A stretch of DNA of 24,000 bases from Thermosynechococcaceae cyanobacterium (GTDB lineage: Bacteria > Cyanobacteriota > Cyanobacteriia > Thermosynechococcales > Thermosynechococcaceae): NCBI GenBank assembly GCA_050330855.1, contig JBHJNL010000051.1:1-24000 (forward strand). Direction: 5' to 3'. The position numbers and the translations under genes were made by a program. The stretch's first letter is position 1. The number at the start of each line of letters is the position of its first letter. The notes beneath the pieces are model-generated. The model had not been told where the DNA came from. It searched no databases and saw only the letters and a program-made list of their open reading frames with translations. Shown here in pieces: positions 6,001 to 14,644 of this stretch.

Positions 6001-7266
6001 ATGGCACGGTTCCTTCACCTTGCAGATGTTCATTTGGGGTACAGCAAATACGACAGCCCTGAGCGGACTCTTGATTTTTTCCGCGCCTTTCAGGATGCCC
6101 TCGATCGCTATGCCATCCAGGAAGCGGTAGATTTTGTCCTGATTGCGGGGGACTTGTTTGAGCAGCGCCAGATTTTACCCGCCGTCCTCAATCAGGCTCA
6201 GATTTGCCTAGAGCAGTTAGCGGCAGCCAATATCCCTGTGCTCGCCATCGAAGGCAACCACGACTATGAACCCTACGGTTCTGCCACCAGTTGGCTACGC
6301 TACCTTTCGGGCTGGGGCAAGCTGATTTTGCTGAAGCCAGAGAATGAAGAAGCGCTAGAACCCTGGGATTTTGACCGTAAACAAGGTAGCTATATTGATC
6401 TCGACTGCGGTGTGCGGGTGATTGGCTCCCGCTGGTATGGGGCGACGGCACCGCTTGCTATAGCAAAACTAGCTGCCAGTATCGAGCAGCTTCCCCCCGG
6501 CCCTGAAGCGACGGTGATGATGTTTCACCACGGCTTAGAAAACTATGTGGCTCGCTACAAAGGCTCGCTCAGATATCAAGACTTTATCCCCCTCAAAGAG
6601 GCGGGAGTGGACTACCTTGCCCTGGGGCATATTCACCAGAACTATGCCGTTGAGGGCTGGATTTTCAATCCTGGCTCCACCGAAGCCAACAGCGTCATCG
6701 AGAATCAAGCGCAAAATCCGCGCGGCGTTTATCTCGTTAACCTTTCTACTAAAGGCATTCAGGCTGATTTAAAACGAGACTATCTTCAGCGCCCCATTAT
6801 TCGACTTACCTGCAAGGTCAAACCGGACCAAACCCCCGACGAAGTGATGCAGGCCGCCACGGCGGTCGTGACCCAAGCGGCCAAACAGGGCCAAACACTG
6901 AACAGCATTACAGAGCTGCGGCTGCAAGGCTCCATTGGCTTTAACCGCTCAGACATCGACATTCGAGACCTACGGACCCAGCTCCAAGACATCAGTGAAG
7001 CTCTGGTCTTTTTGCTAAAGTACGACGTCACCGGGCGGGAATTTCATGCCCTATCCATTGACGAAGAACAGCCCCCCTCTCGGAAAGAGATTGAGCGTAG
7101 TATTTTTGCCGACATGCTCTCTGAAAACGTTCACTATCGAGATCAGGCTGACGAGCTTTCAGAGGCACTCATGGATCTTAAAGATCGAGTCCTGCAGCAG
7201 CAGCCAGAGCTGGATCTGTATACCTTTATGTCACAACTCGTTGAACCTAAAGAACGGAACAATTGA
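6001..7266 (+). CDS. SbcD/Mre11-like metallophosphoesterase (DNA repair exonuclease family)
   Basis: 421 aa. The calcineurin-like phosphoesterase motifs appear in order: LHLADVHLG, IAGDLFE, EGNHD, MFHHG, GHIH. The C-terminal ~150 aa are not recognised. No SbcC/Rad50-like ATPase gene is adjacent. Confidence 0.85.
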   Translation: MARFLHLADVHLGYSKYDSPERTLDFFRAFQDALDRYAIQEAVDFVLIAGDLFEQRQILPAVLNQAQICLEQLAAANIPVLAIEGNHDYEPYGSATSWLRYLSGWGKLILLKPENEEALEPWDFDRKQGSYIDLDCGVRVIGSRWYGATAPLAIAKLAASIEQLPPGPEATVMMFHHGLENYVARYKGSLRYQDFIPLKEAGVDYLALGHIHQNYAVEGWIFNPGSTEANSVIENQAQNPRGVYLVNLSTKGIQADLKRDYLQRPIIRLTCKVKPDQTPDEVMQAATAVVTQAAKQGQTLNSITELRLQGSIGFNRSDIDIRDLRTQLQDISEALVFLLKYDVTGREFHALSIDEEQPPSRKEIERSIFADMLSENVHYRDQADELSEALMDLKDRVLQQQPELDLYTFMSQLVEPKERNN

Positions 7267-7418
7267 GACCAGACCCAGCGTCAGCAGATACAGCAGTTAT
7301 CACTGAGCGGATGTCAGCATAATTCTTTATGGGGTTTTACGACGAATTATGGTAACCTATGCACCGCTTACCATCAGTCATATCTGTTCATATTCGTAAC
7401 GCATTACCAGATACAACT

Positions 7419-8570
7419 ATGAAATTATCGACGTCTCCCTTTTGGGGTGTTTTAGCGACGACAGCAGTCGTCGCGGCCGCTGTTCCCGGTGTACACGCAG
7501 CCACTTTTGGCGAAGCAGAAATTAATCAGAATGAGTACATCGCGGTGGCCGCTCCCTTTGGGCAGGGAGAGCACCAATTACTGATCATTGGGCAAGTTCC
7601 GGGCAAACAAGCCTGCTGGAGCGAAAGCGGCAGCAATCCAGTCATTATTGATCCGCTGCTTGTGAAATTTGACTTTACTGGCATTTGCGATCGCAAAACC
7701 GATGCCAACGGCTACTCCATTCGCATTGATGGCGAAGATCAAGCTCTCAACTACAGTTTGCGAATTCGCCGCCGCAACGGAGATTTGGTGCTCGTTGGCT
7801 CTCCACCGCCCAATAGTCAAGGGCAAGAGATTGAAATTGGACGAGCCGGTGGCGTCACAGACGGCTTTGCCAAAATAAACCTAGACTCGGAGTGGCGATT
7901 TACAAAACGGACTTTCGAGAAAAAGGCATTGGGCCATATTTACCTCACTAAGGGTATCTCCCAGATTCCATTCCCAGACGTCGCCAATGACATCTACCTC
8001 AAAGAAATTCGAGCGGCAGTGTCACAGAAGTTTATCTCTGGCTTCGCAGAAGATAATACGTTTCGGCCGCTGGCTTCGCTGACGCGGGAGCAGCTTGTCT
8101 CCATTGTTTTAGGCGCATTACCGAATGTGCCCGGCGTCACCCTAGATGTGCCAACTCAGACCAGCGCAAACCCCTATCCAGACGTACTTGCGTCTCGCTG
8201 GAGTGCGGCCAAGATCGCCTTTGCTAAAGAGAAAAACATTGTCCAAGGTTATCCCGAGGGTGATTTTCGGCCCACTCGCACCGTCTCGCGAGCCGAAATG
8301 ATGGCCGTTCTGAAAAAGGCTGCAGAGTACGCCCGCACATTGCGGGGCTTTGAGCCGACCCTAAAACCAACCCAGGCAGCCGTCACCTTTAGCGATACAT
8401 CAACGCATTGGGCCACCGCCGTCATTAGCGAAATGTCGGGTTACTGCGGGGTTGCTTCGCCCTTGAATGAGCGCGGACAGGCGTTTATGCCCAACGAAGC
8501 CTCTCAGAGAAATTATGCGGCAGCGGCAACCGTGAGAATGCTAACCTGCGCGAGGGATGAGAAGTCCTAA
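7419..8570 (+). CDS. Secreted envelope protein: N-terminal DUF3747-like domain plus three SLH (S-layer homology) repeats
   Basis: I prefer the ATG at 7419, which gives a signal peptide MKLSTSPFWGVLATTAVVAAAVPGVHA. The ORF track starts 20 codons earlier, at 7359. The N-domain reads FGEAEINQNEYIAVAAPFG...LLIIGQVPGKQACWSE...FDFTGICDRKTDANGYSIRIDGED. The SLH repeats are FPDVANDIY...ISGFAEDNTFRPLASLTREQLVSIVL, YPDVLASRWSAAKIAFAKEKNIVQGYPEGDFRPTRTVSRAEMMAVL and FSDTSTHWA... Confidence 0.85.
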   Translation: MKLSTSPFWGVLATTAVVAAAVPGVHAATFGEAEINQNEYIAVAAPFGQGEHQLLIIGQVPGKQACWSESGSNPVIIDPLLVKFDFTGICDRKTDANGYSIRIDGEDQALNYSLRIRRRNGDLVLVGSPPPNSQGQEIEIGRAGGVTDGFAKINLDSEWRFTKRTFEKKALGHIYLTKGISQIPFPDVANDIYLKEIRAAVSQKFISGFAEDNTFRPLASLTREQLVSIVLGALPNVPGVTLDVPTQTSANPYPDVLASRWSAAKIAFAKEKNIVQGYPEGDFRPTRTVSRAEMMAVLKKAAEYARTLRGFEPTLKPTQAAVTFSDTSTHWATAVISEMSGYCGVASPLNERGQAFMPNEASQRNYAAAATVRMLTCARDEKS

Positions 8571-8614
8571 CGGTTTGTTAAATTCTGAGAGATGCGATCG
8601 CATCTTCACCAGCT

Positions 8615-8659
8615 CCCATAGGGGTAGAGGCACTTTAGCTAATGCTCCTATGGGTTTTT
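8615..8659 (+). terminator. Candidate intrinsic terminator after the SLH gene
   Basis: CCCATAGG(ggta)...(tgct)CCTATGGG followed by TTTTT (8655-8659). The stem is 8 bp, extendable to about 12 bp with wobble pairs, and starts 45 nt after the stop codon. The HIP1-centred palindrome AGATGCGATCGCATCT lies just upstream (8590-8605). Confidence 0.55.
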
Positions 8660-8676
8660 CTAGGTTTATCATCGCC

Positions 8677-9546
8677 CTAGTGAGCAAATAAGGGCAACAG
8701 CAGCGTCACAAAGTAATAGACCAGCGGTGCCGTAAACACATAACTATCGGCGCGATCTAAAATGCCACCGTGTCCCGGAATGAGCTGCCCTGAATCCTTG
8801 ACGCCTGCATCGCGCTTCATCATCGATTCGGTGAGGTCTCCCAGTAAGCTGGTGGCCCCAATCAATAGCCCCAGTGCAACCCCCGTAATAGGCCAAGCGG
8901 GCCAGTTGAGCGACCAAGCCCCCAGCAGCGCCACCCCCACACTTCCGGCAACCCCAAAGGCTGCGCCCTCAACGGTTTTTTTGGGGCTGATATCAGATAA
9001 ACGGGTGCGACCAAAGAGTCGGCCCATCGTATAGGCACCGATATCAGCGGCCCAGATGCAGCCAAAGGCGATCAGCGTCAGGGCCAAGCCCTCCGGCAAT
9101 CCTTTGATGCTGGCCCAATCCGTGGGCCAAAAACCATTGAACATTAAGTTGCTGGTGTCGGCACTGTTAATTGACCGAATTCTAATCCAGTAGCTGGGCA
9201 GATAGCCGCCATAGAATAGACCTAAAATGGAGGTAGAAATATCGGCAATAGTAGAGAGCTTGGGCTGAAACAGGAGATAAAAGCAAATGGCGGTTCCGGC
9301 CAGCGGCAACACGACATCAGCGAGGTCGTTGGATAGGGTTGAAAGAACGAGCAGAACCTGGCTGACGATAATTGTTGTTTTACCAGCAGGTAAGATATCC
9401 TTAGCGCGAACCAGTTGGAAATATTCAAGGTGGGCCAGGTAGATCAACACCGCCAGTCCAGCCGTGAAATACCAGCCCCCCAGAATGGTTGCCCCCAAGG
9501 CCAAGATAATGGCAATGATTCCGCTGACAATCCGAGTCCAAGGCAT
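8677..9546 (-). CDS. cdsA: Phosphatidate cytidylyltransferase (CDP-diglyceride synthase)
   Basis: 289-aa polytopic membrane protein with the CdsA signature SxxKRDAGVKDSGxLIPGHGGILDRADS near the C-terminus. Confidence 0.9.
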   Translation of the reverse strand: MPWTRIVSGIIAIILALGATILGGWYFTAGLAVLIYLAHLEYFQLVRAKDILPAGKTTIIVSQVLLVLSTLSNDLADVVLPLAGTAICFYLLFQPKLSTIADISTSILGLFYGGYLPSYWIRIRSINSADTSNLMFNGFWPTDWASIKGLPEGLALTLIAFGCIWAADIGAYTMGRLFGRTRLSDISPKKTVEGAAFGVAGSVGVALLGAWSLNWPAWPITGVALGLLIGATSLLGDLTESMMKRDAGVKDSGQLIPGHGGILDRADSYVFTAPLVYYFVTLLLPLFAH

Positions 9547-9671
9547 ACGATCTACTTATTCTGAACCCAAGGGCATTATCCTATGTTGGAACCACCCTAA
9601 TGTGTATCTAAGAGACATTGACGTGAAAACGCTCACTGTTCATTCTAAGTTCAATTCTTGACTCAGATGCC

Positions 9672-9995
9672 ATGAACTCTAATGTGCAAATCATACAGCC
9701 TACTGAGATTTTGGATGGTACGACCACTGAAAACTTACAGAAGGCCATCGACCAAGCATTAGCGGCTGAGGCTGACTTTATTCTGGTGGACTGCGAACGT
9801 TTGACCTTCATGGACAGCTCTGGCTTAGGAGCACTGGTGCTGGCGCTTAAAAAGTCGAGATCGCAGGGATGTCGTTTCTGCCTATGTAGTATCAACAAAC
9901 AGGTTGATATGTTATTCAGTCTCACCGACACCCATCAAGTATTTGAGATTTATGCCGATCGGCCCGCCTTTGAAGCTGCGATCGCAACGGTATAA
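9672..9995 (+). CDS. STAS-domain anti-sigma-factor antagonist (SpoIIAA/RsbV-like)
   Basis: 107 aa. It has LVDCERLTFMDSSGLGALV with the conserved phosphorylatable Ser in DSSG. The size and layout are typical of SpoIIAA. Confidence 0.85.
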   Translation: MNSNVQIIQPTEILDGTTTENLQKAIDQALAAEADFILVDCERLTFMDSSGLGALVLALKKSRSQGCRFCLCSINKQVDMLFSLTDTHQVFEIYADRPAFEAAIATV

Positions 9996-9996
9996 T

Positions 9997-11136
9997 CTAA
10001 GGCTCCGTCTCAAAATGGATCTGCAGTAGGGAGAGATCATCACTAAAGGTGTCTGCTTCGCAGTGTGATTTGACTTGGTTTACGATGTCGTCTAGACAGG
10101 GTTTTCCAAGGGTATGGGCGGCTTGCAGTGATGCCGTGAAGGCCGGGAACCCCCACATTTCACCATTGGTTTGCAGCACTTCGTAGATGCCATCGCTAAA
10201 GAGATAGAGGGTGCTGTTGAGAGGAATGGAGATGCGATCGCACATATAGTTCGTCTTTTCAAACATACCAATGGGTAATCCCTTGGTTTTCAAATACTGA
10301 ATCTCAATTTCTGTCTGAGTCTGAGTTAGCAATAATGCTGGCGGATGCCCTGCACTGCCGTAGACCAGCTCTTGGTGGGCTTGGTCATAGACGCCATACC
10401 AAAGGGTGAAGTACTGATAGTCATGGGCTTCCATGGCAAACTGACGATTGAGGGCTTCTAGCACAGCTTGCGGATCTTGATAATCAACGCCAAGACCGCG
10501 AGATCGCAAGACCTGCAGAATTTGAACAGAAGATAACGCTGACTTTAGACCATGCCCTGACACATCGAGCAAATAGATGACCAGCAGTGTTGGCGCGATC
10601 CAAAAATAGTCAAAACAATCGCCGCCCAGTTGTCTAGAGGGCACAAACCGTGAGCGAATCTGCGGCGATTCCAGGGGGGCAGGCAAGATTGACTGCACAT
10701 AGGCGGCTCCCTCGGCCCGTTCTTTTTCAAGCTGCTGTTTCTCCTGCTGCAGATCTCGATTGAGCTGATACAGCCGCAGTCCGGCTCGGACTCGTGCCTT
10801 CAATTCATTGGGATCAATGGGCTTGCTTAAAAACTCATCGGCTCCAGCATCAAGCCCTTCAATCCGATCTTCGAGTTCGGTGCGTGAGGTCAAGAGAATA
10901 AAAAAGGTGGTGGCGAGGTCGGGATCGGCCTTGAGGCAGCGACAGACCTCAATGCCGTTCATCACCGGCATCATCCAATCACAGATAATGAGCGCGGGCT
11001 GGGCCTGGGCTAATTCAATGCCAGCTTGACCATTGGATGCAATCGTCACCGCATATCCCTGCTGCTCTAGCACCCGGCGCAGGACCAAACAGGTGACGGG
11101 GTCGTCGTCAATGATTAAAATATCCAGCATGGGCAT
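9997..11136 (-). CDS. Response-regulator receiver fused to a PP2C/SpoIIE-type serine phosphatase (RsbU-like)
   Basis: 379 aa. The N-terminal receiver reads ILIIDDDP...LIICDWMMPVMNG...LTSR...K. A coiled linker follows, then PP2C motifs GGDCFDYF, DVSGHG and LFSDGIYE. Confidence 0.9.
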   Translation of the reverse strand: MPMLDILIIDDDPVTCLVLRRVLEQQGYAVTIASNGQAGIELAQAQPALIICDWMMPVMNGIEVCRCLKADPDLATTFFILLTSRTELEDRIEGLDAGADEFLSKPIDPNELKARVRAGLRLYQLNRDLQQEKQQLEKERAEGAAYVQSILPAPLESPQIRSRFVPSRQLGGDCFDYFWIAPTLLVIYLLDVSGHGLKSALSSVQILQVLRSRGLGVDYQDPQAVLEALNRQFAMEAHDYQYFTLWYGVYDQAHQELVYGSAGHPPALLLTQTQTEIEIQYLKTKGLPIGMFEKTNYMCDRISIPLNSTLYLFSDGIYEVLQTNGEMWGFPAFTASLQAAHTLGKPCLDDIVNQVKSHCEADTFSDDLSLLQIHFETEP

Positions 11137-11190
11137 GGAAGAGGTTCGAGTGGCCTACAGGGCCAAGGACTGACTCTATCCTAGTGAGAA

Positions 11191-11646
11191 ATGAGTCCAT
11201 TCCGTTGTGTGTCACCCCGCGTGCTCAAACGAAATCACCTTCAAGTGAATAGTGACCTGAGAAATCTCAGCGGCATCCTGGACTGGCTCAATCAGATTGA
11301 TCATGTATCGTTATCTGAGCTTCAGTGGCTACGCTGCCAGATTGCCCTAGCCGAAGGGTTTACCAATGCCGTTCGCCATGCCCATCAAGACTTGCCTGCA
11401 GAAACCCCCATTGAGATTGAAATCAAAATCGCTCCAGATTACGTCGAAATGTACATTTGGGATCAAGGGCCACCCTTTGACTTGGAGCAAAAACTAGCAA
11501 GCCTGCCGCAGTATGCCGATCAAGAATCAGAACGCGGACGGGGAATTTTGATCATGAATCAGGTGGCCGATCACCTTAGCTATCAGCGGTTTGAGGGGAT
11601 TAAAAACTTTTTACTGATGGTGAAATATGTTGCCGGTCAAGCCTGA
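11191..11646 (+). CDS. Anti-sigma regulatory factor / serine-protein kinase (RsbW/SpoIIAB-like, HATPase_c)
   Basis: 151 aa. The N-box-like motif is ALAEGFTNAVRHAH, and the G-boxes are WDQGPPFD and ERGRGILIMNQVAD. It diverges from the receiver-PP2C gene across a 54-bp gap. Confidence 0.8.
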   Translation: MSPFRCVSPRVLKRNHLQVNSDLRNLSGILDWLNQIDHVSLSELQWLRCQIALAEGFTNAVRHAHQDLPAETPIEIEIKIAPDYVEMYIWDQGPPFDLEQKLASLPQYADQESERGRGILIMNQVADHLSYQRFEGIKNFLLMVKYVAGQA

Positions 11647-11653
11647 AGGGGTC

Positions 11654-12502
11654 ATGGATCGCTGGTGCGCCCTGATTGCCGGTAATTCGCGGCTGCACTG
11701 GGCCATGTTTTTAGGGGAAACGCTGCAGCAGACCTGGGATTGCTCCTATGCGAAGGATGCTGCCCCCTTTCAGCAGCCTGATTGGGAACGCCACTCTCCG
11801 GCACTGGCAAAGATCGCACCATCAACAGGACCAATGCCTCCCCTCTGGATGCTTTCTGTGGTGCCGAGTCAAACTGCGTTTTGGCAAGCCTATCCTAATC
11901 TGCATTCGGTGACGCTGGCCGATATTCCCCTAGGGAACGTGTATCCATCATTGGGTTGCGATCGCGCCCTTGCCCTCTGGAGCGCCGGACAACGCTATGG
12001 GTTCCCGGCGCTGGTCATTGATGGGGGAACCGCTCTAACGTTGACGGGGGCCGATGCCAACGGCAACTTAGTGGGGGGTGCTATTTTGCCGGGGGTAGGC
12101 TTGCAGTTGCGATCGCTCTCCGCCGCAGCCTCACTGCCCACCCCTAGCCTCACTGAATCCCTGCCACCCCGCTGGGCTAGGAACACAACCGGCGCCATTG
12201 CCAGCGGGGTGCTCTACACGCTCAGAGCTGGACTTTTTGATTTTCTACAACACTGGTGCCAAGACGTTGCTGTGGGCACCATTGTGATCACAGGAGGCGA
12301 TGCTTCCCTGCTGTACCAAAATCTACAGAGCGCCTGTAACGAGAAAGAAACCATCGCACCTGTCCCCTGGCAAAATCGGTTAATCTGTGATGAAACACTA
12401 CTTTTCCAAGGGATTCGCCGCCTGCGGATCAAGAGCTTAGAATCTCAGGGGAGCGAACTTAGCATTGAATCAATGGGGAGATTGGGGGACGGTCATGGGT
12501 AA
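11654..12502 (+). CDS. coaX: Type III pantothenate kinase
   Basis: The N-terminal ALIAGNSRLHWAMF is the cyanobacterial version of the CoaX xDxGNTxxK motif. VIDGGTALT is the phosphate-2 motif, and ITGGDA lies near the C-terminus. I prefer the ATG at 11654, 7 nt after the rsbW-like stop. The ORF-track start at 11627 would overlap that gene by 20 nt. Confidence 0.8.
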   Translation: MDRWCALIAGNSRLHWAMFLGETLQQTWDCSYAKDAAPFQQPDWERHSPALAKIAPSTGPMPPLWMLSVVPSQTAFWQAYPNLHSVTLADIPLGNVYPSLGCDRALALWSAGQRYGFPALVIDGGTALTLTGADANGNLVGGAILPGVGLQLRSLSAAASLPTPSLTESLPPRWARNTTGAIASGVLYTLRAGLFDFLQHWCQDVAVGTIVITGGDASLLYQNLQSACNEKETIAPVPWQNRLICDETLLFQGIRRLRIKSLESQGSELSIESMGRLGDGHG

Positions 12503-12542
12503 CCTTCTTTACCATGAAGCGCATAGGTCAGGGCAATCGTAA

Positions 12543-14384
12543 ATGGAAGGAAGCCTAGACATTACCCTACTGATGGTGATCACAGTGGTGGCCGGGATTG
12601 GGGCGCAGGTGATTGCCGATTACCTCAAAGTGCCCAGCATCGTTTTTTTGCTGTCCTTCGGTATTTTGCTCGGCCCCAGTGGCTTGGGGGTTTTACATCC
12701 TTCGCTGTTGGGCAGTGGTTTAGAGGTGATGGTGTCCCTCTCCGTTGCCTTAATTCTGTTTGAAGGCGGACTCAATCTACAGCTTCGAGAGGTCGAAGAA
12801 GTCTCCAGTAGCCTCCGTAACCTCGTCACCATCGGCTCACTGATTACGTTGCTGGGGGGCGGTATGGCGGCTCACTGGCTCAGTGAGTTTCCTTGGCAGA
12901 TTGCCTTTTTGTATGCAGCCTTGGTCGTCGTGACGGGTCCCACCGTCATTGCCCCCCTGTTGAAACAGGTCAGTGCCGACCGTCAGGTCTCAACGCTGCT
13001 CGAAGGTGAAGGCGTCCTCATTGATCCTGTCGGTGCCATTCTGGCGGTGGTCGTCTTAAACATCGTCCTGCGGGGCAACGCTGACCCCTTTACCATCATC
13101 AGCGGCCTGACCTTGCGCTTGGGCATTGGCGGAGCCATTGGTATCGGAGGAGGCTGGCTGCTCGGCCTACTGCTCAAGAAAGCTGAATTTTTATCAGAGG
13201 ACTTAAAGAACCTATCGGTTTTAGCTGGACTATGGGGACTCTTTGGGCTTGCCCAGACGCTCCAGAACGAATCAGGCTTAATGACGGCTGTAACGGCGGG
13301 AATTATGCTCCGGGTTGCGTCTGTGCCTGAAGAACGGCTGTTGCGCCGGTTCAAAAACCAACTCAGCATTCTCGCCATCTCAGTGCTGTTTATCCTTCTA
13401 TCCGCCGATTTATCCGTTGCCAGTATCTTTGCCCTGGGACCTGGAGGCTTCTTAACCGTGATCACCCTCATGGTGGTGGTGCGTCCCATCAATATTATTG
13501 TGTCCACCTGGAATAGTGACCTGAACTGGCGGCAAAAGGCTTTTCTCTCTTGGGTTGCACCACGGGGCATCGTGGCCGCCTCAGTGGCATCGCTATTCTC
13601 TATTTCGTTGACTCAGCAGGGCATTAATGGGGGAGATGCCATCAAAGCATTGGTTTTTCTAACTATTATTTTGACGGTTTTTGTTCAAGGGCTGACCGCT
13701 CGATGGGTGGCTGATTGGCTAGGCGTCCGTTCCGATCAGGCCAGCGGGGCGATGATTGTGGGCTGCAATGCCTTTGGACGCCAGTTGGCTCACCTGCTTA
13801 AAAATCGGGGCGAAGATGTGGTCATGATCGATGCGAACCCTGATTACTGCCAACAGGCCCGTGCGGAGAACTTTCAAGTCTTTCAAACCAGTGCCTTAGA
13901 TATGGAGGCGCTGAACAGTGCTGGCGTTTCTTCCTTTGGTACCTTTTTAACGGTGACCAGTAATCTAGAGGTCAATTCTGTGCTGGCAGAGCGGGTAAAT
14001 GAAGAATTTCATCCACCACGGGTGTTAGCGGCATTTCCATCGACGACTGCGCCAACGCCAGGGGCTGACAATATGCCGACCAGTCCTGAGATTAAGCGAG
14101 CTTTTTCACCAAAGCTCTCCATCAAAAAATGGAACAAATATTTGGCTGATGGCGAAGTCAAAGTGAATGAAATGGTGTTAGACGAAGATGATGGCAAGTG
14201 CCAGCGTCAGCGTGACCATCTTAGGGCGCTCGCCAAGGCGGGAACATTAATTCCGATGATCGTAGAGCGGCAGGAGCAAGTGCGGGTTGCCAAGGCCTCT
14301 GAAGATTGGCAACCGGGAGATCGCATTATCTATCTCCTGCACATCCCAAAGCTAGGAAGGTCAGTCCAAGCAAACGCGGCCTAG
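12543..14384 (+). CDS. Cation:proton antiporter (NhaP/CPA1-type) with C-terminal RCK/TrkA-N and extra regulatory domain
   Basis: 613 aa. About 12 hydrophobic helices carry LGPSGLGVL and LFEGGLNL motifs. A Rossmann-type segment follows (MIVGCNAFGRQLAHLLKNRGEDVVMIDANPD), then a soluble tail. The long antisense ORF 12983-13570 is a shadow. Confidence 0.85.
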   Translation: MEGSLDITLLMVITVVAGIGAQVIADYLKVPSIVFLLSFGILLGPSGLGVLHPSLLGSGLEVMVSLSVALILFEGGLNLQLREVEEVSSSLRNLVTIGSLITLLGGGMAAHWLSEFPWQIAFLYAALVVVTGPTVIAPLLKQVSADRQVSTLLEGEGVLIDPVGAILAVVVLNIVLRGNADPFTIISGLTLRLGIGGAIGIGGGWLLGLLLKKAEFLSEDLKNLSVLAGLWGLFGLAQTLQNESGLMTAVTAGIMLRVASVPEERLLRRFKNQLSILAISVLFILLSADLSVASIFALGPGGFLTVITLMVVVRPINIIVSTWNSDLNWRQKAFLSWVAPRGIVAASVASLFSISLTQQGINGGDAIKALVFLTIILTVFVQGLTARWVADWLGVRSDQASGAMIVGCNAFGRQLAHLLKNRGEDVVMIDANPDYCQQARAENFQVFQTSALDMEALNSAGVSSFGTFLTVTSNLEVNSVLAERVNEEFHPPRVLAAFPSTTAPTPGADNMPTSPEIKRAFSPKLSIKKWNKYLADGEVKVNEMVLDEDDGKCQRQRDHLRALAKAGTLIPMIVERQEQVRVAKASEDWQPGDRIIYLLHIPKLGRSVQANAA

Positions 14385-14416
14385 ACAGACAAGGCTGGGG
14401 AGCGCAAGCGACGGAT

Positions 14417-14644
14417 CTAAGCAGGCGTTTTTTGAAGATCGGCACGTTCTTCTGCCAAGATTGCCCCTTCCACCGGGCAAACCTGAAGACAGATGCCACA
14501 GTCAATGCAGGTGGCAAAGTCAATCCAGTACCAGTCGGTGCCCTTTGTATTTTTGCCGGGGCCATCATGGATGCAGGCTACGGGGCAAGCATCGACGCAA
14601 TCTGCAACACCTTCACAAACATCGGTGACAATGGTATGGGCCAT
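14417..14644 (-). CDS. Small dicluster ferredoxin (probably 7Fe: [3Fe-4S][4Fe-4S])
   Basis: 75 aa: MAHTIVTDVCEGVADCVDACPVACIH...CIDCGICLQVCP. The second motif is the canonical CxxCxxCxxxCP. The first is Cx5Cx3CP and lacks the middle Cys. Three other track ORFs overlapping this locus are shadows. Confidence 0.85.
   Translation of the reverse strand: MAHTIVTDVCEGVADCVDACPVACIHDGPGKNTKGTDWYWIDFATCIDCGICLQVCPVEGAILAEERADLQKTPA

Noticed and set aside
7359-7418. N-terminal extensions implied by the ORF-track starts: 7359 for the SLH gene, 19973 for iscS, 22859 for ycf35 and 11627 for coaX.
   Set aside because: In each case an internal ATG gives a better model. For the SLH gene it gives a signal peptide at 7419. 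For iscS it removes the overlap with the upstream gene and sits 10 nt after that gene's stop (19898). For ycf35 it follows a strong GGAGGAAAG ribosome-binding site and gives the family-typical MSHFS N-terminus (22787). For coaX it removes the overlap with the kinase gene (11654).
12983-13570. 195-aa minus-strand ORF inside the antiporter gene. Similar antisense ORFs occur at 736-1119, 6188-6451, 6786-7031, 7526-7826, 8762-9065, 9608-9931, 10545-11029, 11652-12432, 14009-14197, 16654-17107, 19282-19840 and 20098-21667.
   Set aside because: All of them lie fully inside, and antisense or out of frame to, long ORFs with clear family signatures. Their products are Arg/Ser/Pro/Thr-rich with no motifs, which is typical of shadow ORFs in moderately GC-rich coding DNA.
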